Notes: generated from the letters alone by a model not told the origin. A stretch of DNA of 64,000 nt from Candidatus Parcubacteria bacterium (GCA_963814275.1 CAWFCE010000002.1:1003263-1067262); one strand, 5' to 3'; shown: positions 15,869 through 26,239, counted from the stretch's first letter. A program made the numbers and translations.

Positions 15869-16402
15869 ATGACGAAGAAAACCAAACTGAAGATCTACCA
15901 AGGGGATATTACCGCGTTGCCGGTCGATGCCATCGTTAATGCGGCTAATCCGAGCTTGCTGGGCGGCGGCGGTGTCGACGGCGCGATCCATCGGGCGGCC
16001 GGTCCGGGGCTCAGGGCAGAATGCGCGAAAATTCAGGCCGATAGCCACGGCCGGCGCTGTCTCACCGGTGAAGCGGTACTGACCGGCGGCCACAATCTGC
16101 GGGCCAGATACGTAATCCATACGGTGGGGCCGATCTATAGCCCTCGCCGCGATGTAATTTGCGCCCGGTTGCTGCGGAACTGTTACGTAAATTCGCTGCT
16201 GCTGGCCAAAGAAAAGAGTATCAAGACGATCGCCTATCCAGGTATTTCGACCGGCGCATATGGTTACCCGCTGGATGATGCGGCGGTAATTGCCACCCAG
16301 ACAGTCAAGAATTTTATCGCCGAATTTCCGGATGCCCTGGAAGAAGTAACTTTCGCTGTCTTTGGTAATGGAGCAAAAATGTTTTACGAAGCATTGGTCT
16401 GA
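15869..16402 (+). CDS. Macro-domain protein (O-acetyl-ADP-ribose deacetylase / YmdB-like)
   Basis: IYQGDITALPVDAIVNAANPSLLGGGGVDGAIHRAAG. Confidence 0.85.
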   Translation: MTKKTKLKIYQGDITALPVDAIVNAANPSLLGGGGVDGAIHRAAGPGLRAECAKIQADSHGRRCLTGEAVLTGGHNLRARYVIHTVGPIYSPRRDVICARLLRNCYVNSLLLAKEKSIKTIAYPGISTGAYGYPLDDAAVIATQTVKNFIAEFPDALEEVTFAVFGNGAKMFYEALV

Positions 16403-16418
16403 AAGTGAAATATGCATA

Positions 16419-16453
16419 AGCCGCTTACCTTTACCGGTAAGCGGCTCTTTTTT
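16419..16453 (+). terminator. Rho-independent terminator
   Basis: agccgcttacc / ggtaagcggct 11-bp stem followed by ctttttt. Confidence 0.75.
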
Positions 16454-16592
16454 GTATACGAAAATGCCCCAACCAATATTTATGAATTTGTGCTTGTGTG
16501 GATTTAGGTGGCCGAAAATAGCGATGTTTGCTATAATTGAATTAAATAAAATTATTCCGGAACGCAAGGTTTTGCGTTCCAATGGATCTAGT

Positions 16593-16847
16593 ATGTGGCA
16601 TGTTTATATATTAGAATGCGCGGATAAGACGCTCTATACCGGGATCAGCAGCGACCTCGAACGGCGGATCCGGGAACATAATCAGACGAACCTGGGGGCG
16701 AAATATACCAGGAGCCGGCGGCCGGTCGTTTTGGCGTATGCCCGAAAATTCAAGACCCGGCCACAGGCCTTAAAAGAAGAGTTAAGGATAAAGAAATTAG
16801 GACGGACCGGGAAGCTGGAAATGATAAAAAGCAATCGGGCAGCTTAA
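16593..16847 (+). CDS. GIY-YIG nuclease family protein (short URI-domain type)
   Basis: MWHVYILECADKTLYTGISSDLERRIREHN. The track ORF start (16362) overlaps the macro gene and its terminator, so Met at 16593 is preferred. Confidence 0.8.
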   Translation: MWHVYILECADKTLYTGISSDLERRIREHNQTNLGAKYTRSRRPVVLAYARKFKTRPQALKEELRIKKLGRTGKLEMIKSNRAA

Positions 16848-16875
16848 TCCCGGCTTAAATATAAAACGTTAAACT

Positions 16876-17073
16876 ATGGATGGACAAAACAGGGCCAATA
16901 TCACGGTCGGGGCGCGCGTCGCGATCGTGCAAAAGCAGGATCAGGCCAGCGGCGCCCTGACCGAAGGAATAGTGGCGGCTATCCTGACCAATTCGCCGAC
17001 CCATCCGCACGGGATCAAAGTGCGTTTGGAGAGCGGGGAAGTGGGGAGAGTACAGGAGATTTTGGAGGATTGA
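16876..17073 (+). CDS. YwbE/DUF2196 family small protein
   Basis: …VAIVQKQDQASGALTEGIVAAILTNSPTHPHGIKVRLESGEVGRVQEI. Confidence 0.75.
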   Translation: MDGQNRANITVGARVAIVQKQDQASGALTEGIVAAILTNSPTHPHGIKVRLESGEVGRVQEILED

Positions 17074-17091
17074 CATAAACTGTCAACACAT

Positions 17092-18081
17092 ATGGAAAAA
17101 CAAAATTTCGAACATCCGAATCCAATCCGGGTTCAGCCGGAACGCGACGAAGACCCGTTCGAGCAAGAAGACCCGGTTTTCAATGAACGGTTCAAAGAAC
17201 GGGAAAATTTTGACGGTATCGAAACGATCGATATCGCGCCAGCCAGGGAAACCGGCAAAAACCCGGTTCTGTTCGCGCCGGGATTTTCGCGAACCCCCGC
17301 AACCTTCAAGAATTCATTGCGGGTATTTTACGGAATGGAGCGGGAAGCCATATCCTTAAGCCATCCGCGCTTATTCGGGGAAGTAAAAAATGATGAACAT
17401 AAGCCGGATATGCCGAAAGAAGTCCTTCGGCGGGCGACCTCGTTGTACAAGCTTGCCCTTAAAAATATCGACAAAGACAAAGAACGCTGCATAGACAGAA
17501 AATACAATTTGGTGGGCCAGTCGGCCGGCGGCCTGGACGCGCCGTTGGCCGCTATGATGATCGAAGAGGAAAGGCCGGGGTCAATCGGAAACTTGGTTTT
17601 GGTCGATCCCGCGGGCATCATCGGGCCGGATAACGCCAAAGAACTGAAAACCAGATTCAAAGAACAGATAACCGATAACAAGGAAGTAATGAATAGCGGA
17701 ACCCGTCCATTCTCGGCCGTTAATAACCAGAAAACAGCGGCGAAAGAATTCGTCAAGTACCTGCTTAAAAACCCGAAACGGGCCATGAAAGAGATCGAAG
17801 GCATGACCGCAGTGCGGCTGGAAGAATTATTAGTGTCGTTAAAAGAGGCCAGTAATATCGGTATCTCGATCATCCACGGGGTCGATGACAAAACATTCCC
17901 GATGGATCGGGTGCAGGAAGGCGCGAAAGAACGGGGTTTGCCGGATGCTATCGACGGTTTTTACAGCGTAAAGGGCGGACACAACGAACTCTATTTAAAT
18001 CCGCAAAAGTATATCCCGTTGGTAGTGGAAGCGATGGCGGAGATGGAACGAAAAGCTAAATCAAAAATTGAGGACCGGTAA
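17092..18081 (+). CDS. alpha/beta hydrolase fold protein
   Basis: Nucleophile elbow GQSAGG; C-terminal …GGHNELY (His). Confidence 0.6.
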   Translation: MEKQNFEHPNPIRVQPERDEDPFEQEDPVFNERFKERENFDGIETIDIAPARETGKNPVLFAPGFSRTPATFKNSLRVFYGMEREAISLSHPRLFGEVKNDEHKPDMPKEVLRRATSLYKLALKNIDKDKERCIDRKYNLVGQSAGGLDAPLAAMMIEEERPGSIGNLVLVDPAGIIGPDNAKELKTRFKEQITDNKEVMNSGTRPFSAVNNQKTAAKEFVKYLLKNPKRAMKEIEGMTAVRLEELLVSLKEASNIGISIIHGVDDKTFPMDRVQEGAKERGLPDAIDGFYSVKGGHNELYLNPQKYIPLVVEAMAEMERKAKSKIEDR

Positions 18082-18194
18082 TCCAGAGCAAGTAGTACTT
18101 AAAGCCTGCCGAATTCCATAAACAAATATGGCCATAATGTTGATATTCCCTAAAATGCTCCACATTTAACTTTATTAAATATATCGAAAGCCAT

Positions 18195-18527
18195 ATGGCG
18201 ACCGAACAATCGATAATTGACTATCTCTTGGACCAGCTCAAAGGGGAGCGGGAAGTGCGGGCGCGGAAGATGTTCGGTGAATACGCGCTTTATTGCGACA
18301 ATAAGGTCGTGGCCCTGGTCTGTGATGGCCGGCTCTTCGTCAAAGAGACCCCGGCCGGAGCGGATCGGGCCGGCGGGCATTATCGGGAAGGCCATGCCTA
18401 TCCCGGCGCGAAAGCCTCAATGCTTGTAGACGAAGATATGATCGAAGACCGCGATTGGCTCAGAGAGCTCATATATCTTACGGCCGACGCCCTACCACAA
18501 CCCCGTTCCGGGGTGAAAGCTAAGTGA
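18195..18527 (+). CDS. TfoX N-terminal domain protein
   Basis: …ARKMFGEYALYCDNKVVALVCDGRLFVK. Confidence 0.75.
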   Translation: MATEQSIIDYLLDQLKGEREVRARKMFGEYALYCDNKVVALVCDGRLFVKETPAGADRAGGHYREGHAYPGAKASMLVDEDMIEDRDWLRELIYLTADALPQPRSGVKAK

Positions 18528-18547
18528 ATTAATAACCAATAAAAATT

Positions 18548-19117
18548 ATGTTTTTATTTTTCGATACCGAAACAACCGGTCTGCCGCGGGATTGGCGGGC
18601 GCCTTTGGATGACCTGGACAATTGGCCGCGGCTGGTCCAGCTGGCCTGGCTTATGGCGGACGGGCAAGGCAAGGAGGTCAAAAGCTATAGCGCCATCATC
18701 AAGCCGGAAGGATTTGTCATACCGGAAGAAGCGGCCCGCGTACACGGCATCAGTACAAAACGGGCCCTGGCCGAAGGGGTGTTATTGGACCGGGCGCTTG
18801 ATGACTTCAGTCAGGCCATGGACGAAGCGAAGATACTGGTCGCTCACAACATGAGCTTCGACGAGATGATAATGGGAGCCGAACTACTGAGGCAAAAGCG
18901 GGAGCATAAATTATTCGAAAAACCGAGAATATGCACCATGCAGAGTTCAACTGATTATTGCCGGCTGGATAATGGCCATGGCTACAAATGGCCGAAATTG
19001 GCCGAACTTCATAATTGCCTATTTAACGAGGGTTTTGATGATGCCCATGACGCCTCGGCCGATGTCAAAGCCTGCGCCCGCTGTTTTTTCGAAATGATCA
19101 AGCGGAAAATTATTTAG
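18548..19117 (+). CDS. DnaQ-like 3'-5' exonuclease (DEDDh)
   Basis: FFDTETTGLP (ExoI), AHNMSFDEMI (ExoII), HDASADVKA (ExoIII). Confidence 0.85.
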   Translation: MFLFFDTETTGLPRDWRAPLDDLDNWPRLVQLAWLMADGQGKEVKSYSAIIKPEGFVIPEEAARVHGISTKRALAEGVLLDRALDDFSQAMDEAKILVAHNMSFDEMIMGAELLRQKREHKLFEKPRICTMQSSTDYCRLDNGHGYKWPKLAELHNCLFNEGFDDAHDASADVKACARCFFEMIKRKII

Positions 19118-19155
19118 TAAAATTTTACCGCCAAAATTAACCGTTAAAAAGAAAA

Positions 19156-19180
19156 AACCCGTCCAGTTGGCGGGTTTTTG
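19156..19180. terminator. hairpin terminator between convergent genes
   Basis: aacccg…cgggtt stem flanked by an A-run and a T-run. Confidence 0.55.
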
Positions 19181-19208
19181 TGATTTTTTGTCTGAGCGGG
19201 AGGCTGTT

Positions 19209-19508
19209 TCATGGGCCGGAAACGCTAAGGTTTTTCCCCAGAAGATTGCGAACACGATCGAAATGGGCGGCAGTTTCTTCCGCATCCCGCACGTAACCTT
19301 GAAGTTCCGCCATTGCCTCGTCCATTTCCGGCGGCAGGATTATGGCTAACGGACGCTCAAGCAAATCGTCGGGTTTAACGTCAAGTACTTCACGTAACAT
19401 TGCCTCTACTTTCAGAAGAGGCGGCGCATTTCGGTCGCACTGTCCCGTGTCAGCGAACATAATGACAGAAGCTCGAAAATTTGTGAAATCAAGAAAGGTA
19501 TAAGCCAT
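19209..19508 (-). CDS. hypothetical protein (99 aa)
   Basis: ORF with a G-rich SD (AAGGGGG) upstream. Confidence 0.45.
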   Translation of the reverse strand: MAYTFLDFTNFRASVIMFADTGQCDRNAPPLLKVEAMLREVLDVKPDDLLERPLAIILPPEMDEAMAELQGYVRDAEETAAHFDRVRNLLGKNLSVSGP

Positions 19509-19688
19509 TTTTTACCCCCTTTTATTTATTGGTTTTATCATAAGGACTTTCGATATCTTAGCGCTAATCGAAGCTTAAGTCAACTGTTATCCATAAATTA
19601 AAATTAGCCGTGGTATTGACGGATTTTCGTTTTTCAACAAAAATATGGTAATATTAATATAGGTTTAATCTATTATTAAATTATTTTT

Positions 19689-21623
19689 ATGGAGAATGAA
19701 AACATCGCTCAAGATGAGCCGAAACAGGAGAAAATCGAAACCGTTAAAAAGGAGGACAAGCCTGTGCCCAGGGCAGGCAGCTTGTTTGCTAGGATCTGGG
19801 GCTGGGTGATTTTTGTTTTGTTTGCATTAGCGTTTTTCATGCTTTATATCGGCGGCCAGAGCGGTCTCAACGCGGAGATACGCGATATCGGAAACAGCGA
19901 AATGATCGGCATATTCAGTACCTGGAGTCCTTATGCCGGTATCATCTTAGCCCTGTTGTCGCTGGTGGTGTATATGCTTTTGCTCGGTATAAAGCGTCTG
20001 GCCAGATTGAAGAAACTTACCTGCTTAAATCCGGTCCTGTTGGCTATTTCATTTCTGCCTTGGTTTCTCCTGGCGCGCCAGCTCGTATATTTCGAACCCC
20101 GTTATACCGATATCGCCAAGGCATTGATCAGTTTCATCGGCGAACCACTTTATGATGCTACTGTATTCGTTTTTATCCTGTCGGCCCTTTGGCTGATCCT
20201 GTTGATTACAGTCAGATTTGCCGGGAAACCATCCAAGACAGCCGCGCTGGTTATATTGCTTGCCGCCAGCCCGCTTTTTCTTTCCGGCTGTGTCGGCGCG
20301 CTAATGGGCATTGTCTGTGATTTCATGCCGGAAGCGGACCATTGCTTCCAGGGTGCGGCAGTCCAGGAGGGCGATCCCAGCGGCTGCGACAAAGTAGAGG
20401 GGGAAGGTTTTACCGGGTCGAATCCTCCCCGTGATAAGTGCTATCTCATGATCGCGGAAAACACCGGCGACCTGTCCGCTTGCGACAATATCGAAGGTGG
20501 GCCTATGTCTTATACACGGGAAGAATGCATCCTGGGGGCCGCGGTCAAATTTGAGGATGCGGCCGGCTGCCGGATGCTCACCGGCACCGACAAAAGCGAA
20601 TGCATCGCCCAGGTCGGCCCGAAGATGGAGCCGGGAAGCGTGATTGAGATCGATGACCAGATCGCGCTTTTGCGGGAGGAATTGAAGAAAGGGGCTGATC
20701 CGGACCTGGAAAAGCAGCTGCAGGGTTTGACGCAAAAACGCACCGATATCCTGGATATCATGAGTGATACGAACAGACAGAATTATGAATCGATGTCCGA
20801 TCCCCTGAACCGGGCGGCGAGTCTGGATTATCACTTGGGCAAGATCGACGCGAAGACCCGGGATACCCTGGTCGAATTGAACGACCGGTTGCGCGCGCGG
20901 GGGGAGAGCATGAACGAGACTGATTATCAGAAACTGCGCGATGTGCTGGCCTACAAGAACGACCCCAAAAACGATATCGAGAATATGGACGAACGGGAAA
21001 TGTTGAAAAAGCGCTGGAACGAAAAATTAGGCAGCGCGGTCGATTATCTGAAATTCTGGAATGCCAACCCGACCGCCACCGAGCAGAAATACGACGAACA
21101 GCTATTCATGTACGAGCGCATGCTGGAGCGGCAGGCGGCGATCGATAAAGGCCTAAGTGAACGCCAGCAGGACATCGACCGCAATCTCGGCATGGTCAAA
21201 GATGCCCTCAAGGATAAGGCTTGGTCGACGGCGACGGACGAAGCGAAAAAAGCCGCCTTTGGCGAGCTGATGGACCTGGTAGACTCATCGGCCGAAGCGC
21301 CGGTGACTGCAGTCCTGGGCGAGGCGATCGATACGGTCAAAAAAGAGGCAAAATCGGCCGAGTTCCGCGGCCTGGTGCGCGCCTATAATCTCGGCATGGA
21401 AGAAGAGCTGGCCAAAGCCGGCGGCAACATCGAACGGGCGCACGAGATCGTGACGGCGAATTTGCAGAAAGACCCCTATATGTATGAGGACAAGAATTCT
21501 TTCGCCAAATACGGCAATGTCCTGGAGAACAAAGATTGCGACGGCACTAACCCGCATTGTATCAACCGCGATGTATTCTGGAAAGCGATGAAAAAATCGT
21601 ACAAATACCAGAATCAAGTTTAG
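19689..21623 (+). CDS. multi-pass membrane protein with Cys-pair repeats and a long charged/helical C-terminal region
   Basis: About 5-6 hydrophobic helices in the first 210 aa. Residues ~215-310 repeat the C…D.C…A motif seen in 12366..13205. Confidence 0.6.
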   Translation: MENENIAQDEPKQEKIETVKKEDKPVPRAGSLFARIWGWVIFVLFALAFFMLYIGGQSGLNAEIRDIGNSEMIGIFSTWSPYAGIILALLSLVVYMLLLGIKRLARLKKLTCLNPVLLAISFLPWFLLARQLVYFEPRYTDIAKALISFIGEPLYDATVFVFILSALWLILLITVRFAGKPSKTAALVILLAASPLFLSGCVGALMGIVCDFMPEADHCFQGAAVQEGDPSGCDKVEGEGFTGSNPPRDKCYLMIAENTGDLSACDNIEGGPMSYTREECILGAAVKFEDAAGCRMLTGTDKSECIAQVGPKMEPGSVIEIDDQIALLREELKKGADPDLEKQLQGLTQKRTDILDIMSDTNRQNYESMSDPLNRAASLDYHLGKIDAKTRDTLVELNDRLRARGESMNETDYQKLRDVLAYKNDPKNDIENMDEREMLKKRWNEKLGSAVDYLKFWNANPTATEQKYDEQLFMYERMLERQAAIDKGLSERQQDIDRNLGMVKDALKDKAWSTATDEAKKAAFGELMDLVDSSAEAPVTAVLGEAIDTVKKEAKSAEFRGLVRAYNLGMEEELAKAGGNIERAHEIVTANLQKDPYMYEDKNSFAKYGNVLENKDCDGTNPHCINRDVFWKAMKKSYKYQNQV

Positions 21624-21725
21624 GCGGCCTTAAAACAAATATTCAGCAGTTTTAAATTAATTGCCATATTAAAGAAGGGTAGTCCGGGGGACTACCCTTC
21701 GATCATTAATGCAGGCGTTTTCCGG

Positions 21726-22043
21726 TCAGGCGTAAATGCGGATTGCCGAAATCGGAATACTGGTTAGATTTTGGCATTGTTGGGCGTTGGAGTTTGTTGC
21801 GTTGGGTGATCTTTTGTCAGGCCATTGATATAATTTGTCCGGATAGACGAGAATTTTTGCCGAGATAGCTCGCCCCTCCGCATCGGAGGATAACGCAATT
21901 TGCGTCGGGGTGGCCGGGAATTTGTCTGTCAGACCGTCAGGGATAAATACTTTTAAATGAAAACGATTTCCTTTCTGGACTGCCAGTTTTAGCGCCGGCG
22001 GGATGGCGTGGTGTCTGATTTTTACTCCGGTTATTTTATCCAT
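21726..22043 (-). CDS. hypothetical protein (105 aa)
   Basis: ORF with an AAGGAG SD. Confidence 0.45.
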   Translation of the reverse strand: MDKITGVKIRHHAIPPALKLAVQKGNRFHLKVFIPDGLTDKFPATPTQIALSSDAEGRAISAKILVYPDKLYQWPDKRSPNATNSNAQQCQNLTSIPISAIRIYA

Positions 22044-22279
22044 ACATTCTCCTTTTGTTGGAAAGCGGCTGCATTGTAATGTGCGGAAATAGTTTTTATT
22101 TTCTATTCATATTATATATGGTTTTAATTAAAAGATTATTAAACCTTTTGTTAGCGGTAATTTTTCGTTTTTTCAATTACCTAAAATACGGCGATATTTC
22201 AATTAACAAAATTTTAATTGGTTTTCGGTATAATCACTATAAATAAACTTGCAAAATAATAACAAAAAGGGGAGCCAAG

Positions 22280-22615
22280 ATGGAGAATGAAAAAAAGGGG
22301 CGAATACCGAAAGCCGCTAATCCGGAATTCCAGGAAGAAATTACATTCCTGAAAAATGAAGCAAATATGGATGGTGTAAGCGAGGCGGAGAAACTGGAAA
22401 AAATCCTGGCGGCCGAATTCCTGAGAAAAATATCGGCCGTGAACCTCAGGAAAAGGGCGGAATGGAATGATTTTTTGCGATTAGCTTTCAGGTATGTAAA
22501 TCAGTTCAGGCAGCTACCGGTCGAGAAGCAAGAAGCGGTATTGGAGAATGGTTATGGCTTGGCCATAAAAATTTTAAGGAAATTCGATGCAAATAAAAAG
22601 AACATTATGCTATAA
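22280..22615 (+). CDS. hypothetical protein (111 aa)
   Basis: GGGGAG SD; hairpin agcgaggta/tacctcgct downstream. Confidence 0.5.
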   Translation: MENEKKGRIPKAANPEFQEEITFLKNEANMDGVSEAEKLEKILAAEFLRKISAVNLRKRAEWNDFLRLAFRYVNQFRQLPVEKQEAVLENGYGLAIKILRKFDANKKNIML

Positions 22616-22768
22616 TCGTCCTTATGAAAATAGCGAGGTAATCCATCGGGGGTACCTCGCTTAATTATTGGTTATTTTTACTATCTATCGTAATATTCGG
22701 AATATGCATAATCGTCAATTTTGACGATTTTTGTTATAATGGGGATATGTTTATAATGAAAAATATTT

Positions 22769-23311
22769 ATGGCCAATAAGCCAATCTACACTGTTCGAAG
22801 AAGCGATAAGGCCAAACGATTGCGTTTGGCCGTATATTGCGACGGCAGTGTCGTCTTGACTGCTCCAGCCTGGGTGAAGAACCGGATAATCGAAAAATTC
22901 ATTTCGGACAAGAAAAAATGGGTGGTTAATAAAGTCGAATATTTCAAAAATATCGGGAGCCGGCCTATCCGCCGCTATCCCCGGGGTGATTACAAGAAGT
23001 ATAAAGAAGCGGCGCGTGTGCTGGTCAGGGCAAAAATAGAGCATTTCAATCAAATATTCGGCTACACCTATAACCGCGTATCCATTAAAAATCAGAAGAC
23101 GCGCTGGGGCAGCTGTTCGGTCAAAAAAAATTTGAATTTCAATTATAAAATAGTGTATTTGCCCGAAAAGGAGCAGGATTATCTGGTCGTCCATGAACTG
23201 TGCCACTTGAAGGAGCTCAACCATTCACGCCGTTTCTGGCAGTTAGTGGAAAAGGCCTTGCCTGATTACAAAGCGGTCAGGCACGGGCTAAAAAACCGGG
23301 ACTTATTTTAA
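22769..23311 (+). CDS. DUF45/YgjP-like zinc metallopeptidase (second copy)
   Basis: VVHELCHLKELNHSRRFWQLV (HExxH). Confidence 0.8.
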   Translation: MANKPIYTVRRSDKAKRLRLAVYCDGSVVLTAPAWVKNRIIEKFISDKKKWVVNKVEYFKNIGSRPIRRYPRGDYKKYKEAARVLVRAKIEHFNQIFGYTYNRVSIKNQKTRWGSCSVKKNLNFNYKIVYLPEKEQDYLVVHELCHLKELNHSRRFWQLVEKALPDYKAVRHGLKNRDLF

Positions 23312-23429
23312 AGTGCCATCTAGTCCCGGCAGAGGCCATTCATATAGAATTAAGAATTAAATTTGCGAATTAAATTAAATATAAACCGCAATCGGCTGCG
23401 AATAAGCAATACGCGAAAATTGTAAATCT

Positions 23430-24647
23430 ATGCCCGATAAAAGCAAGTTCACCAAAGGTATAACGAAAAACGTGGTCGTCTTGGGACTGGTGAGCTTTTT
23501 TAATGATATCGCTTCGGAGATGATCTACCCGATCGTGCCCCTATTTCTGACCTCGGTCCTGGGGGCGCCGGCGGCGGTCGTGGGACTCATTGAAGGTGTG
23601 GCCGAATCGACCGCCAGTATCATGAAGATGGTGTTTGGCTGGCTGTCCGACCGCCTGGGAAAGCGCAAGACATTAATCGTCTTCGGCTATTCGTTTTCCA
23701 CTGTATCCAAATTGCTTATCAGTATCGCCGGCAGCTGGCCGTTCGTCCTGTTTGCCCGTTTCATCGACCGCAGCGGCAAAGGGGTCAGGACAGCCGCCCG
23801 CGACGCCCTGATCGCGGAAAGCACCGAGCCGGCTTTCCGGGGCAAAGCCTTCGGCTTCCATCGCGGGCTCGATACCATGGGCGCGGTAGTCGGTCCGCTC
23901 CTGGCCTTGGCCGCCATCAACTTCCTGCACGACGACTACCGCCGGATATTTTTCCTGGCCGCCATACCTTCCGCCGTGGGCGTGCTGCTTATTTTTTTCG
24001 TCCGGGAAAAGGCCCTGGCATCGCGGACGGACAAAACCTTCAGTCTGGGTTTGCGCAACTTGGATCCGGCCTTCAAGACCTTCCTTTTTATCAGTTTTAT
24101 TTTTGCCCTAGGCAATAGTTCGGATGCCTTTTTGATCCTGCGCGCCCAGAATCTGGGATTGTCGGTCACGATGGTGGTTCTCGCCTACGTCCTCTATAAT
24201 CTGGTCTATACCGCGGTTTCCACGCCGGCTGGGGCCATTGCCGACCGGATCGGCCCGAAAAAAGTGATTACGGCCGGCTATTTCTTTTTTGCCGCGGTTT
24301 ACCTGTTTTTCGGCTTGATCGGCGACAGTTTTTATCTTTGGTTCCTGTTTCCGGCTTACGGTATCTATATGGCGCTGACCGAAGGGGTGGGCAAGGCCTT
24401 TATCGCCAACCTGGTACCAGCCGGAAAAACCGGCACGGCATACGGAGTCTACAATGCCACGGTCGGACTATGCGCTTTTTTCGCGTCTTTCGCCGCCGGA
24501 CTGCTTTGGTCCTATGTAAGCGTCAGTGCTCCGTTTATCTTCGGCAGTGTAATGGCGGCCTTGTCAGGCATCTTGTTCGTTGTTCTGCGTAATAAAAAAA
24601 AGTACAATTATGGCGAAATTATCGAAAAAGAGAAAACTTCCGAATAA
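23430..24647 (+). CDS. MFS transporter
   Basis: About 12 TM segments; GWLSDRLGKRK loop motif. Confidence 0.8.
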   Translation: MPDKSKFTKGITKNVVVLGLVSFFNDIASEMIYPIVPLFLTSVLGAPAAVVGLIEGVAESTASIMKMVFGWLSDRLGKRKTLIVFGYSFSTVSKLLISIAGSWPFVLFARFIDRSGKGVRTAARDALIAESTEPAFRGKAFGFHRGLDTMGAVVGPLLALAAINFLHDDYRRIFFLAAIPSAVGVLLIFFVREKALASRTDKTFSLGLRNLDPAFKTFLFISFIFALGNSSDAFLILRAQNLGLSVTMVVLAYVLYNLVYTAVSTPAGAIADRIGPKKVITAGYFFFAAVYLFFGLIGDSFYLWFLFPAYGIYMALTEGVGKAFIANLVPAGKTGTAYGVYNATVGLCAFFASFAAGLLWSYVSVSAPFIFGSVMAALSGILFVVLRNKKKYNYGEIIEKEKTSE

Positions 24648-25662
24648 GGCTTTATATTTGATTATTTTGATAATGCTTGGCGGCTTCAACAGCTGGCCGG
24701 CCTTCGGAGTGCAGGCGGGCGAGACCAGGGATATCTTTTTTCCGACCGATACAAGCGCTACCCTGACCGACAGTTTCGGGGATGGCCGGACCGGGCATTT
24801 GCACGAAGGGGACGATATCATGGGCGAACAGATGATGCCGCTTTATGCCGCTGCAGACGGACGCGTCAAAGACGTGGAAATTCCCGAAGCGAGCTGGGGA
24901 TACGCGATCTCGCTGGTGGATGCCGACGGCTATATCTATAATTATCTTCATGTCAATAACGATACGCCGGGAACCGATGACGATATGGGCGGACCGGAGC
25001 AGGCATACGCGCCTGGTATAGAGAAAGGGGCAGCAGTAAGTCGCGGACAGCTGATCGGCTGGATGGGGGATAGCGGCAATGCCGAAGATGTCGGTCCGCA
25101 TCTTCATTTCGAGATCAGGGAGCCGGACGGAACGGCAATTGATCCGTATCCCAGCCTGCTCAAAGCGCTTTATGCCGATTCTTACAACCCGGCAATCGCC
25201 GGCGAACTCAGCCCGGACATCAATACCGATAAAGACCTGGAAAATACCGGTAATATCGCTTCATCCTGTGCTTCCGGTTCCCTCGCCAAATTAGCCGGCC
25301 AGTCCGCGGTTTACTATTGCGGAGCCGACGGCCGGAGATATGTATTCCCCAACGACAAGGTCTATTTCACCTGGTACGACGGTTTTGACAATGTCATCGT
25401 GCTGACTAACGAACAAATGGCCGCCATGGCGCTGGGCGGTAACGTGACCTACCGGCCGGGCAGCAAACTGGTGAAGATCCAGACCGATCCGAAAGTCTAC
25501 GCGGTAGGGCGCGGCGGTATGCTCCGGTGGGTGCAATCCGCGGAAATTGCGGCTGCACTTTACGGCGATGACTGGAGCGAAATGGTCGATGATATACCCG
25601 ATTCGTTTTTCTTCAGTTACAGGGTCGCTAGCCCGATATCATCCGTTAAGCCGGCCGGTTAG
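24610..25662 (+). CDS. M23/LytM family peptidase with N-terminal signal/anchor
   Basis: HLHEGDDI and GDSGNAEDVGPHLHFEI motifs; start chosen at MAKLSKKRKLP. Confidence 0.8.
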   Translation: MAKLSKKRKLPNKALYLIILIMLGGFNSWPAFGVQAGETRDIFFPTDTSATLTDSFGDGRTGHLHEGDDIMGEQMMPLYAAADGRVKDVEIPEASWGYAISLVDADGYIYNYLHVNNDTPGTDDDMGGPEQAYAPGIEKGAAVSRGQLIGWMGDSGNAEDVGPHLHFEIREPDGTAIDPYPSLLKALYADSYNPAIAGELSPDINTDKDLENTGNIASSCASGSLAKLAGQSAVYYCGADGRRYVFPNDKVYFTWYDGFDNVIVLTNEQMAAMALGGNVTYRPGSKLVKIQTDPKVYAVGRGGMLRWVQSAEIAAALYGDDWSEMVDDIPDSFFFSYRVASPISSVKPAG

Positions 25663-25822
25663 ATACCGCTGACGCTCGAAGCCATTGGCCAGTGCCGGAA
25701 AAGGGCATCAGCCAATGGTTTTTTTGATGAGACAAAAAACGCAAGCATTATTTCTAAATTAATATTTTTATAATAATTATTTAATATAATGGTATTATGA
25801 GGTTCAAAATAAGCTGTGATAA

Positions 25823-26239
25823 ATGATGATCGAATTCCTTCGAACTAATTTGACCGGCTGGCCGGCCGCTAAGATAATCCTGGCCGCTATTACCGTGGCC
25901 AGCGCGGTATATGTGATAGCGTTATTTCTTAAAAATACCCGAATAAGCCGGCAGGCGCGCCGTCTCAACCGGGCGCTTAAGCGCCGGAATGTGAAAAGCA
26001 AGTTAGAGCATTGGGACGGACACAAGCATGTGGATATTTTCCTGCCAGAGAGTAAAATGTCCATCGAAGTCGACGGATTGCAGCATTTTCTGGATTCGGG
26101 GCAAATATTAGCCGATATGAAGCGGGCCTGCGCCTCTTGCAGTTCCGATTCCTATACTTTCCATGTCCCCAATTCGGTTATCGAAAGGCATTTGAATGAA
26201 TTGGCGGACGCTATCACGGCCGCGGCCAAGAAACTCTGA
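25823..26239 (+). CDS. membrane-anchored DUF559/Vsr-like endonuclease-fold protein (tentative)
   Basis: N-terminal TM helix, then VDIFLPESKMSIEVDGLQH…Q…D…R, resembling the DUF559 core pattern. Confidence 0.4.
   Translation: MMIEFLRTNLTGWPAAKIILAAITVASAVYVIALFLKNTRISRQARRLNRALKRRNVKSKLEHWDGHKHVDIFLPESKMSIEVDGLQHFLDSGQILADMKRACASCSSDSYTFHVPNSVIERHLNELADAITAAAKKL

Noticed and set aside
15093-16582. 233-aa and 266-aa minus-strand ORFs
   Set aside because: They are antisense to the HD-domain and Macro-domain genes, which carry diagnostic motifs. No motifs or SD were seen on the minus-strand ORFs.
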